A DNA stretch of 63,505 nucleotides, counting the filler, from Octopus bimaculoides (Eukaryota), in assembly GCF_001194135.2 (NCBI RefSeq). It is 4 parts of 4 records of this genome, joined end to end, with 100 filler letters (N's around TTAATTAATTAA, not from the genome) between each part and the next. Parts side by side here need not be neighbours in the genome. Positions count along the whole stretch, not along the records: positions 1 to 28,445 come from NC_068992.1; positions 28,546 to 47,460 come from NC_068989.1; 2 more parts are not named here. One strand, written 5' to 3'. This document shows, one piece after another, positions 23,290 through 35,145 of the stretch; the stretch's first letter is position 1, and each line of letters begins with the position of its first letter. The translations under genes and the position numbers were made by a program. The notes beneath the pieces were generated by a model that saw only the letters and a program-made list of their open reading frames with translations, ran no database searches and had not been told where the DNA came from.

Positions 23290-24710
23290 GTATTCTCACG
23301 CATATAGTTGCATATCTAGACATGCTCATATATAATGATAAATATCTGGAAAGTTTTACAGATCTTTACAGTTCCAGTCATGGAGTGGATCTGTTGTCTT
23401 CGGATTAGTCTTCTCCTCTCTGCTTTTGAGAAGCCTAATTTCTCAAGATTGGTATTTAGGCAGTGTGTTACATATTCCAGGATCCCAATAATTACAGGCA
23501 TAAACCTGAATTTGTAATCTGGATAGAATAACTGCAGATTTCTCAATAGTCCAGCATAGGTGTTCTCTTTTTCACTATCTTCAGCTTTATGTTAACATCT
23601 GCTGGGCAGCTAATTTCCACAACTGTGCACAGTTTTTCTTCTTTATCCCAAATCATTATATCATGTCTGTTGTGCTTACATGTTATTTAGGTCTTAACTG
23701 GAACATTCCACAAGTATTCCTTTTTATTATGAGTGGCTATGGCTTCTGCCATATTGTGGGTTCTTATTTCTCTGTCCTTGAGATTATCCTTCTGATGGAT
23801 TCCATTATAGAGTGTCCTAGCTACAACGTCATATCTCATCAGTAGATAATACTGTGATGACATTTCCGGACAACTGCTTATGATGTGGGTGATATCTTCA
23901 GTGTGAACTCCACAAAGTCTGCATCGGTTATCACATTTTATGGCTTTACCTGCATCTCTATCCCTTTTGTGCATCAGGTATTTGGTTGATATTTCCTGTT
24001 CCTTGATTGCAAACGCATACCCTTCAAAGTGAGTGGTAGTATTCCAGCTATTTGTCAATGATAAACTGCTTTCATGATCGATGTTACTATCATCATGGAG
24101 CTTTCTAGTAACATATCCATGCATAGTCTTCTGCTCATATAGGCTCATCCTTTCATTTTATGACACATTGCAGTAGAGTCTTGTGAATTCTTTGGGCATG
24201 TATCCTAGGTTATCAGACGAGTGTTGTTCAAGGAACTGCCTTTCAAATCTTATGATGTTATCAGCCTCATGTATGCAAACTTGGTCAGGGGATGCACTTT
24301 GACACTTGGTGGTTAGAAGATGTTGCTGAAGGGATATGATGCAACATTCAAAGGCATTTTGGATTGATGTTAAGCCTCTGCCACCTAGTTTTCATTTTAG
24401 GTAGAAATGGTCTATATCACTGTTAATATGGAAATTATGTGTGCTTGTTAGTATTTTTAGGGTTTTCACATCAATGGCTCAGATTTCATCAGTCATCCAA
24501 TCAAGCAGCCCAAATGTTGGTATGGGTACTGACACTGCAAACACACTGTGGGCCACTGTTTTATTGAATTCAGAGAGTTCTAAGGTTCAAATTTTCTTTA
24601 TTCAGCTATAATATTCTTTAGTGACACATGTTTTGTTACAGGTGCCATTGTAAGATATATTTTCATCCACCCCTAGATACCTGTAACATTTCTCATCAGA
24701 TACAGGGGAA
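23290..24710 (-). mobile_element. R4/Dong-like non-LTR retrotransposon, 5'-truncated (RT thumb, CCHC, RLE)
   Basis: YRYLGVDEN, DIDHFYLNEKLGGRGL, CRLCGVHTEDITHIISSC, RYDVVA, RPDIMIWDKEEKLCTVVEISCP, MPVIIG. Confidence 0.9.
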
Positions 24711-24843
24711 GTATGTATGTATGTATGTATGTATGTACATATGTATGCATGTACGTATGCATGCATGCATATGTATGTATGTATGTATGTGTGTGTGTGT
24801 ATGCATGTGTTTATATGTGCGTGTGTGTATGTATGTATGTATG

Positions 24844-25018
24844 GTGGCATGGTTTCTATGACTGGATGCCCTTTATAATGCCAACCACTAACAGAGTGTA
24901 CTGGGTACTTTGTACATGTCATTTACATGAGTGCATTTACGCAGCACCAGCACAGGTACATTTATGCAGCACCAGCGTAGGTGTTTTTTTATGTGAAAGG
25001 ACAAGCCTGTATGTATAT
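24844..25018 (-). mobile_element. RTE 3' UTR fragment, inverted relative to 22197-22373
   Basis: Reverse complement aligns along its length with 22197-22373. Confidence 0.85.
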
Positions 25019-25683
25019 GTGTGTGTGTATGTATTTATGGTGGCATGGTTAAGAAGTTTCACAACAACATGGAGAAGTGTCTTCTACTTTAGTTTGACCA
25101 ATGCCTAAGGAGTGGTGAAACCTATACTGAAGCTCATCATGTATGCGTGTGTAGGGGGGGGGGCATGTGTGTGTGTGTGTGCACATGCATGTATGTACAT
25201 ACATGTGTGTGAGTGTGTGTATGCATGTATATATGTATGTGCATGTGTGTGTGAGTGTGTGTGAGTGTGTGTGAGTGTGTGTGTGTGTATGCATGATTGT
25301 GAATGTATGCCCATGTTTTGTAGCTTAGTAGCTCAACAAAAAGCAATCAATAAAGGGAGAAAGGGAACAGTCATAAAAGGCAAGTGTTGATAGTATACAA
25401 AGCAAGCGGCCATATATATCAAACTATATACTTAAAAGTAATGAAAGATACGTGCGAACTCTATCTCTTTCCACTTCTGGTCACTTCAGTCTGTAACCAC
25501 ACATGTGATGTTGGTGATATTTTTCCTTCTCTGGACTTTTCCATTTCCCTTTCTGACAAAGAGCTCTGATTGAAACGTCAAAAATTCTCTTTTTTCTACC
25601 TTCACCAAGCACCGAGCTAATTCCATGTGCCTGTCCTCTTGTTTTGTTATTGTTAATTTTGATGTTCTATTATTTGATTATAT

Positions 25684-25732
<49 letters not shown>

Positions 25733-25792
25733 CATACATATATATAAAATCATACAGATTTATACACATTCATACCAATACTTACATACATA

Positions 25793-25824
<32 letters not shown>

Positions 25825-26396
25825 NNNNNNNNNNNNNNNNNNNNNNNNNNNNNNNNNNNNNNNNNNNNNNNNNNNNNNNNNNNNNNNNNNNNNNNNNNNN
25901 NNNNNNNNNNNNNNNNNNNNNNNNNNNNNNNNNNNAAACACCAGAACGTAAGCAAGAAAGAGAAATGGAAAGATACAAAATATAAAGATTAATCACAAAC
26001 CCGGTTTTGTTGTTACCATTTGCGTACGTACTTACGTAAATGTCCGCAATTCATCAGTGTGATCGTCATAGCAATATAATCTGCAGAACTATACACAAGA
26101 TGCCGCATGAGATTGAACATGTATATAGTTCTACCAATTACATTTGGGGTTATATTTCAAAAGTTTTCGTTTTGGCACACCAAATACTGGAAATAATTCA
26201 GCAGAAAATAATTCTCTGCAGTGAATTTTGCCAGTTAGAGAACATGGTTATTTAAGTTTTCATTTGTCTTGCTCGCTTACATTCTGGCATTTGCTGAATT
26301 TTCTTGAGAACAATCTTTTCTTAGCGGTCAGACCATAGGTGGTCTTCTTCTAACATAATGGATGTCCACTTAGTGGTCATTACTCTTATATGTATG

Positions 26397-26632
26397 TAGG
26401 CATAGGAGTGGCTGTGTGGTAAGTAGCTTACTTACTAACCACATAGTTCCGGGTTCAGTCCCACTGCGTGGCACCTTGGGCAAGTGTCTTCTACTATAGC
26501 CTCAGNNNNNNNNNNGTTCAGTCCCACTGCGTGGCACCTTGGGCAAGTGTCTTCTACTATAGCCTCAGGCTGACCAAAGCCTTGTGAATGGATTTGGTAG
26601 ACAGGAACTGAAAGAAGCCGGTCGTATATATA

Positions 26633-26705
<73 letters not shown>

Positions 26706-26930
26706 GTATGTGTGTTTGTGTGTCTGTGTTTGTCTCCCTACCATTGCTTGACAACCAATGCTGGTGTGTTTACATACACGTAGCTTAGCGGTTCGGCAAA
26801 AAGAGACCGATAGAATAAGTGCTAGGCTTACAAAGAATAAGTCCTGGGGTCGATTTGCTCGACTAAAGGTGGTGCTCCAGCATGGCCACAGTCAAATGAC
26901 TGAAACAAGTAAAAGAGTAAAAGAGTAAAG
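26397..26930 (+). mobile_element. tRNA-derived SINE, family B (bipartite, internal TA/TG microsatellite)
   Basis: GGAGTGGCTGTGTGGTAAG, GGTTCAGTCCC B-box, CTTGGGCAAGTGTC, (TA)n, then 3' arm ending GACTGAAACAAG(TAAAAGAG)n. Confidence 0.9.
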
Positions 26931-27045
26931 AGTAATATAATTTTTCTGAATCTTCAGATCTTTCAATATGCTAAGCCACTGGTTTTAAATTGATATTAAT
27001 CAAATTAATATTCAATTTTTCACCCTTATTATTTAAATTTATATA

Positions 27046-27086
<41 letters not shown>

Positions 27087-27249
27087 GTAAATATATAAAA
27101 AATAAAAAGATAAAGAGAGCAATGNNNNNNNNNNNNNNNNNNNNNNNNNNNNNNNNNNNNNNNNNNNNNNNNNNNNNNNNNNNNNNNNNNNNNNNNNNNN
27201 NNNNNNNNNNNNNNNNNNNNNNNNNNNNNNNNNNNNNNNNNNNNNATCT

Positions 27250-28445
27250 ATTATTATATCCATAGGCGGATATTTTTAGTATGAAGTGGTAAAGAGTGTG
27301 ATGTGCTGAAAAAAGAGAGAACAGTATTGAAGTGTAGTTTCATTCCAGTAGTAAATATCCGTGTAGAAATCCGTGTAAAGTAATCCTTGTGGGGATAATC
27401 CGGAAATAGATGTTGGAGTGAAGGCTGGTACAGCATAGATAGCAAAAGGTGAATATATGCCATACTGCGATGGATTTTTGCTTGTTTACTTCAAGAATGG
27501 CCAAAGTCAAGTGAAAAATGAGCGGTAATTAGGTCAAGTCATGAAGACAGAATGTGAAAGGGGATAGAGGAGAGATAGAGGTTGAGGATGGTAGCAGTAT
27601 ATTTTAATGGTCAGTTGATCTTACAGGATAGAGGGGATGAGCATATAGAGAGAAGGAGGAATGGGGGGATGAGGTTAAAAGGTCTAGTGAGTAGGAAGGA
27701 ATGTGCATATGTAGTATATAGGTGGTGGGGGTATGAGTGATAAACCAAGGACAGAGATAAAGGGAGAGATGGGTGGGAAAGGTAGTCAGTAGTATCATAT
27801 TTTAGAATGCAGCCAAACCTATTTATAGACGGTGGAAAGGGATTGAGAGAAACAACGTAGTCTGTATGCATTGGTGGTGTTGTTGTGAATTAGGGAATAG
27901 AAGAAATAGATTTGGGGGTATATATATGTGGTGATATGATCGAAAGGAAATAATCCTATTCAAAAGATGGTAAAAGATGGATGTTTTTGCCAGGTTGAAT
28001 AGGTTGCCTGTTGGGGGTCGTGTGATTATGTTGCGTGATTGTGTGCAATTTTGCTTGTGATAGAACTTAAATGTGTGGAAAGAGCGGTGATTGCAGTTGC
28101 TAAACGCTTCGTTATATCGATTAAGTAGAGTGGGAGAATTGTATTTTAAAATATGGAACGCCTCCGTTAGGCAAAGCTTGCAGTTGGAGCGCTGGCCCTG
28201 GTATGGAGTTCCGGAATCTAAGATGGACCATTTTAAGGTGTATTGGGTATTTTTGCTTTTGAGGTGATGAATATGATTGGCTAATGTTGTAGATTTACTG
28301 TGTTTGTCGTATCTAAAAGAGTGCATATGGGCTGCGCAGCAATGTTTAAAGTTTTTAGTTGCACCTATGTATGTAGCAGTAGAGTTATGTAATAGATTTC
28401 TCACGGTGCATTTATATATTACATTGTATCTTACGCAATGTGTTT
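27250..28445 (-). mobile_element. Penelope-like element, GIY-YIG endonuclease C-terminus and 3' region
   Basis: NVIYKCTV...TYIGATKNFK...H..SF...STTLANHIHHLK...WSIL...PY...CKLCLTE...LLNRYNE...CNH, the typical PLE GIY-YIG pattern. Confidence 0.88.
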
Positions 28446-28545
28446 NNNNNNNNNNNNNNNNNNNNNNNNNNNNNNNNNNNNNNNNNNNNTTAATTAATTA
28501 ANNNNNNNNNNNNNNNNNNNNNNNNNNNNNNNNNNNNNNNNNNNN
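28446..28545. other. Synthetic scaffold-join spacer (N44-TTAATTAATTAA-N44)
   Basis: Exactly 100 bp, palindromic six-frame stop, identical at three places. Confidence 0.95.
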
Positions 28546-29199
28546 GTGTGCGTGGTGTGATGCGAGGGTATTGGTGTGGTGTGATGTGAGGGTGTTGGGA
28601 GGTGGGGAAGGCATGGGTGGAGTGTGGGGTAGAGGTAGGGGTCTGTGGGTAGGGGTGGGTGGTGGGTGTAAGGAATTGGATGGGGTGGAGTGGGAAGGTA
28701 GAGTAGGAGTGTGTTGAGGTGTGGTGGGATGAGCTTATGAGGGGGTGTTGACGAGGAGGGAGAAGGGGAAGGTGGATGTGACATACATAGACACACATAG
28801 TTTGAATAAATGCTCGCTACGTTCGTTTACCCGTCATCGTTGCATACCCGCATACCCGCATACTCACATACCTACATATCCCCAAACCCAACATGACTCA
28901 GTTGAATTGAAAGATGTCCGCCCGCCTTGTAAGTGCTCCATGAACCTGAATCCAATAAAAGGCCAGCAAGCAGCAGTCCATATCACAGGACATAGGACGC
29001 GCTACAATTATTCAGTTTCGGCAAATATTATCAAGGCGCAGAATGTGCTGTCATTCAGCTATGAAATCCCGCATATTCATGCTTGCGCATGCTTAGAGAC
29101 TATTTCGCTATGTCGTATGAAAGCCTTACAGAGTGGATACGAAGCTTCCGTTTATAGCTGTCAAAAACTGCAAAACTGGAACAATCTTCCTGAAATTAT

Positions 29200-29528
29200 T
29201 TATATATTCGAGTGTATGTATATGTACAGACATACACACACATACACATGTATATGTACACATATATTACATATGTTGTGTGTGTATGTGTATTTAGATG
29301 TGTGTTCATATAAATACATCTACAAATAGATATGTATATGTATTTATATATGTATAAATATAAAAAGCACATGTATATATATATATATACGTATATATGT
29401 AGGTATAAACATGTATATGATTTACTATACTCGCACACATACGCGCACGCACATGCGCACACATATGTTCACACGCTTGTGCATGAACACACAGACGCAT
29501 ATATATATATATATATATGTGCGTGTGG

Positions 29529-29577
<49 letters not shown>

Positions 29578-29705
29578 TACAAACACGAGTGTGGTCACAT
29601 ATACATATATGCATGTACACACTGTCATGAACATTCATGCCGAATAAACATACATGCGTGTACGCATCTTCCCGTAAATGCCCATACATATATATATATA
29701 ATATA
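29200..29705. repeat. Compound TA/CA/TG microsatellite field
   Basis: Direct inspection. Confidence 0.95.
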
Positions 29706-29884
29706 GTGGAAACCGTGTATTATGATGTAGCCTTTTCATTAAAATTGACGTGCTGACACATAATTTGTGATCATAGTAAGCGAACTGAATTGTGACAGTG
29801 GATGGAAATGTGTGTGCGTGTGCACGCGCCTATGCTCTGTGTGTTTATGTGAAAGAGAGTTTATGTATGTTTATATATATATAT

Positions 29885-30198
29885 GCGCTGGAGTGGCTGT
29901 ATGATAAGTAAATATAATCAAATAATTATTGTATATTTAAAATTGTAAATATTTAATCGATACAGCTACTTCACCCCCTTTATGTTTGTCTGTCCTTGTT
30001 CGTCCCCTCCTTGTAATACCTTTATGGCAAATATTTATGAAATAAAGTAGCTTGCTTACCAACCACACGGTTCCGGGTTCAGTCCCACTACGTGACACTT
30101 TGGGCAAGTGTCTTCTACTATAGCCTCGAGCCGACCAAAGCATTTTGAGTGGATTTGGTTGGCGGAAACTGAAAGAAGCTCGTCGTATATATATATAC

Positions 30199-30230
<32 letters not shown>

Positions 30231-30405
30231 GTTTGTGTATATGTTTGTGTGTCTGTGTTTGTCCCCCCACCATTGCTTGACAACCGATGGTGGTGTTTAC
30301 GTGTCCATAACTTAGCGGTTCGGCAAAAGACCGATAGAATAAGTACTAGGCTTACAAAGAATAAGTCCTGCGGTCGAAATGCTCGACTAAAGGCCGCGCT
30401 CCAGT
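29885..30405 (+). mobile_element. SINE family B with a ~135-bp insertion in its head
   Basis: GGAGTGGCTGTATGATAAGTA, insert, AAGTAGCTTGCTTACCAACCAC, then the normal family B body. Confidence 0.85.
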
Positions 30406-31109
30406 ATATTATATATTTACACACATGCATACGCGCACACACGCACACATGCACACGCACGCGCGCACACACACATACACACAAACGCGCGCAATATTTT
30501 GTTATGGGGATTCATAAGAATCAAGGCATATCAACTCATAGGACGCCAGAAATGGTTATATACGATATCATACCGATACAACTGTCGTAAAGTTTAAATG
30601 CCATTTGTATATGTTAATGTGTATGTGTGTATGTGCATGCATGTGTATGCATGTGTGTGCGTGTGCGCGCGTGCATGTCTGTGTGTGATTCTTTGAGTGT
30701 GTTGTCAAGCACCACCGCTCGCTAATCGGTGTTAGTTTTCTTACGTCTACATGACATATCGGATCAGCAAAAAGAAACTGATAGACTAGGTGCCAAGCTT
30801 AAAAAGTAAGGGCTGTGGTCGATTTGTTCGCGTAAAGCAGAAACTCCCAACCCATTTTTTACCTATGGACCCCTTTGATTACTATTTTATTCTGGTTGAC
30901 CCCATAGCCATTCAATGTTTAAAAACTAGACTTATAGAAACTTCTTTCAAAATCCCGATTATGCCATTCCATCCGCCCTTTAACTTGTACCTTATTTTAT
31001 CGACACCAAATTGCGATGGAAGACAAATTGACCTCGATAATGTCCGGTAGTTTCTGCTATTAATTTCGAGCGTGTTTTATGTTTGTCTTGGGTTTTTAAT
31101 TATATTTTC

Positions 31110-31260
31110 CCCTTGTGAAGGCACTTGGACAAGTGGTTAAGGTTTTGCACTCGGGATTGCTATACCATGGCTTCGAATCCCGGACCGGACGGTGCGTTGT
31201 GTTCTTGCGCAAGACTCTTCATTTCACGGTGTTCTAGTTCATTCTGCTGTAAATGGGTCA
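31110..31260 (+). mobile_element. SINE family C, 5' part
   Basis: TGGACAAGTGGTTAAGG, GCTTCGAATCCC, GTGTTCTTGCGCAAGAC core, GCTGTAAATGGGT. Confidence 0.7.
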
Positions 31261-31514
31261 CCACCCTGTAAAGGAATAGACTTCCGAACAAAGGGAATGA
31301 TGGCCTACTCGCCTGACCAGTGGGACGGCGTCATTGAAAAGCTCAAGAAATGATTCAAAGCGCATGGTGAGAAGCGATGTATAATAACATCCGATAGTCT
31401 GACCGATGCCATGGGACCGTGATTTTCCAATTAACAAAGCCTTCACATTATTTTTTGCGAAATTAAGGCTGCGAATGGGCAGAATCATTTGCCCAGCGGA
31501 CAAAAAGCTTTACC

Positions 31515-31625
31515 TTTTGAATTCAAACGTCGCCGAAGTCGACTTTGCCTTCCATCCTTTCGGGATCGATACAATAAATACCAGTTAATTACTGAGGTCG
31601 ATGTAATCGACTTGACCCCTTCCCT
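31515..31625 (+). mobile_element. SINE family A fragment
   Basis: GAATTCAAACGTCGCCGAAGTCGACTTTGCCTTCCATCC...GGTCGATGTAATCGACT. Confidence 0.85.
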
Positions 31626-32130
31626 CAAAACTGCTTTGTGCTAATATCAGAACAAAATATTTTTTGGTGGAATTTAATACAGAATGGTAATATTCTCAAC
31701 TATAGCCTTCCAATTGATTTTGTTGCTCAAGGTATTTTTCCTTCCGTTCAAATGCTCTAACATAAGCGGTACCATATATTTAGAGGTTAGAATGATTCTC
31801 AATACAACCTTGAAGATTGTTTCAATTGTGTCCTAAAGTAACGGTGACAGTTTCACAGCAACAATGCGTGCTTATAAGAGCTTAAGAAACACGGCCTTTC
31901 ATTTTAAGTGTCAAAAACACGTTTGATTGAACCTTCAGAACCATAAAAGCCAGCCAACAAGACGACCTTCACTTGAAGATAATGGGATTCTTATTGTCGA
32001 AGAATCATTTGGAAAGGTTGCAAAGTGAGTATCCATTGGTCCATGCAGGCACCTCATCAATTTCACATCACACAGCGGTTTCTATAACGAAATGCTACAA
32101 GACATTTGCATAATTTTGGTCAGGGTAAAA

Positions 32131-32185
<55 letters not shown>

Positions 32186-32249
32186 NNNNNNNNNNNNNNN
32201 NNNNNTCTCTCGTTCTCTCTCTCTCTCTCGTTCTCTATCTTCTCTTTCG

Positions 32250-32290
<41 letters not shown>

Positions 32291-32599
32291 GCACACACAC
32301 ACGCATACATACACACATGCAAGGAAACAGAAGAGAAGCTCTTAAAAACAAGGCTACCGAAGAATCAAAGAGAATTTATCGAGAATGGAATTTACAAAGA
32401 TTGATCAGAAGTTAGAAATGTCGAGTAGAAATATAGGCATGGTACAAGAAGAATAAGGCTAATGTAGATCACCATCACGTGATAACACTGGTCAGTTGCT
32501 GTATCACGTATACTTACGGAAGCCAGTAAAATTCCTACGCACACTGCATCGAAAAGGATACGCAATATACATGCACCCTCCCGCTTTATTTATTTGTTT

Positions 32600-32900
32600 G
32601 TTTGTGGTTAAGCTCGCTTCGCAGCCACGCAGTTTAAGGTTCAATCCCACTACGTGGCATCTTGGGCAGGTGTCTTCTACTACAGCTCCGGGCCGACCAA
32701 TGCTATGGAAGTGAATCTGTGTGGTATGTATGTAAATGTGCGTGTGTCTTTGTGTCTGCGTTTGACTCACACCACTGCTTGACAACCGGTTTGTTTCTGT
32801 ACTTCTAGCTAGTGGTTCGCCAAAAGAGAACGATAGTCTAAGTAGCAAGATTTTTAAAAATAAGTACAGGAATCGATCTGTTCGTCTAAGGTGAACAGAT
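32600..32900 (+). mobile_element. SINE family B, diverged
   Basis: GGTTCAATCCCACTACGTGGCATCTTGGGCAGGTGTC ... CACTGCTTGACAACCG ... GGTTCGCCAAAAGAG. Confidence 0.8.
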
Positions 32901-33006
32901 CGATCATTGTCGCAGTTCACTGAATGATATTGTGACGGTTGATGTCCAGTTATTCTGAAAATTGCTTTAAAATTATTAAATCTTAAATTGACATTTAAAT
33001 AGGTGA

Positions 33007-33009
<3 letters not shown>

Positions 33010-33044
<35 letters not shown>

Positions 33045-33240
33045 CAGTGAGAGAGAGAGTAGAGAGAGAGAGAGAGCAGAGAGAGAGAGCAGAGAGAGAG
33101 AGAGCAGAGAGAGAGAGAGCAGAGAGAGAGAGAGCAGAGAGAGAGAGAGCAGAGAGAGAGAGAGCAGAGAGAGAGAGAGCAGAGAGAGAGAGAGCGGAGA
33201 GAGAGAGAGGGGTGGAGAGAGAGCAGAGAGAGAGAAAGGG
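33010..33240. repeat. (GA)n microsatellite with 15-bp higher-order period
   Basis: A C interrupts the GA run about every 15 bp, giving SLSLC/ERAER repeat ORFs. Confidence 0.9.
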
Positions 33241-33319
33241 AGATTGACTGAGTGAGTGAGTGATTGATCGATACATGTTGAGAGATAGAGATAACCAGAT
33301 TGATGGAATTCCGGTTTCT

Positions 33320-33798
33320 GCATCCCATATAACTCCTTATAACTTTTATACATTTTGGAATGTTCGGAAAGTTTTTGCGAAGTTGTGTTCTTTGCTAAAA
33401 GCAAAATTTTTGTCTGATTTAAGCGCGATTTAGCTGTTGTTTTTAGCACAACTCACAACCATCAGAAACCTTACTCGTTTCTTAGTCATTCTGACATGTT
33501 TTGATGCTTCTCAATATTTTTCTCCCCCCAAAACACATTTAATGGAATGATGCTGCACTCAAGGATGGTCCAATGTTGGGATTTAAACAAAAAATTCTGG
33601 ATATTCCTATTCGAAACTCGGATCTTGAAAAGAACTTGAAAAAGAGTGGAAATTTGGGGATTTACGAGGTGGATTTAAAAAAATGAAACAAAAATTTGCA
33701 TAATCGTATGAATTCCGGTGTGGAGAAAATAAATTAGCAAAATTTTCTGAAAATGTCAAAGAAATACAAAAGTTGTGAGGGGGGGTTATATGGGGTGC
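33320..33798. mobile_element. MITE / non-autonomous DNA transposon (~480 bp)
   Basis: Imperfect ~55-bp TIRs GCATCCCATATAACTCCTTATAACTTTTATACATTT versus GCACCCCATATAACCCCCCCTCACAACTTTTGTATTT; no ORF. Confidence 0.7.
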
Positions 33799-34421
33799 CT
33801 CAAGCAGGACTCTGCCGATTGATTGAGTGATTGAGAGAGAGAGAGAGCGAGAGAGAAAGAGAGAGNNNNNNNNNNAGAGAGAAAGAGAGAGAGTGAGAGA
33901 GAAAGAGTGAGAGGGAGAAAGAGAGAGAGGGGAGGGAGAGAGGAGGGAAACAGAGACGGATAGAGAGATACATAGAAAGATAGACAGAGATTAAAGGAGA
34001 GAGAGGGGTAAATAGAGATGGATGGAGAGATAGATAGAAAGATAGAGAGAGAGAAACGGAGAGAGATGGAGAGAGAGGGGGAAATAGAGACGGATGGAGA
34101 GATAGATAGAAAGATGGAGAGAGAGGGAGAGAGAGAGGCGGAAGTAGAGACGGATAGAGAGATAGATAGAAAGATAGATAGACAAGCAGATAGACAGAAG
34201 GAGAGCGGGAGAGAGAGAGAGAGCAATCAATGCCAGGAGTTCCCTTCGATGTAATGGCCATTAACTAAACCAAGGTTCACTTCCTCGTTAACCCCACCAC
34301 AAACGCTATCATCACTACCCACACCACCAACGTCAACTTTCTCACCGCCTTCCCCACCACTATCAATACACCGACCCAGCATATGACCGTTCTCCTTCAG
34401 CTCCTTCTCTCCCTCTCCACC

Positions 34422-34501
<80 letters not shown>

Positions 34502-34739
34502 CTCTCCAGTCGCCTTTGTCTTCCGTTCCTTTAATATGATCCTACCGCGCCACGGCTGCTGATTTCCGCCTCCTCCTACTACTACTCCTCATCTTTTCCT
34601 CCTTCCTCTTCCTTATCCCTACTCCTCTTCCTCCTCTCCCTCCTCCTCCTACTACTACTACTGATGCTGTGGGTATTGCTGCAGTTGTTACTATTGTTGC
34701 CTGATCCCTACTGACGTTGATGCAAACTTAAGCATGCTA

Positions 34740-34808
<69 letters not shown>

Positions 34809-34835
34809 TTGTAGTAGTAGTAGTAGTAGTAGTTG
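34740..34835. repeat. (GTA)n microsatellite
   Basis: Direct inspection. Confidence 0.95.
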
Positions 34836-35107
34836 ACTGTTGTTGTTGTTAGCGATGTTTAGCTCCAGGTCAACACGGATTGAGCAGACTCTACGGTGAA
34901 AAGCTTTCCAACCGTGACTATCCCGTCTTTATTTAAAGGCGAGAGACTGGAGTATCTGCAACTATGTGGTTCACATTTTTCTTTTCGGAGTGTCTTTAAG
35001 GGCATTTTGGCTGCTATATCCAGCAAATAGAGAGACCATGCATGGGTACCCTTCTTGGCTGTTACCACAAAAAGTAGTGGCAGTAGCAACAGCAGTAGTA
35101 GTAGTAT

Positions 35108-35145
<38 letters not shown>

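Noticed and set aside
26455-26568. Duplicated 50-bp SINE segment
   Set aside because: Exact repeat across a short N gap; assembly artefact
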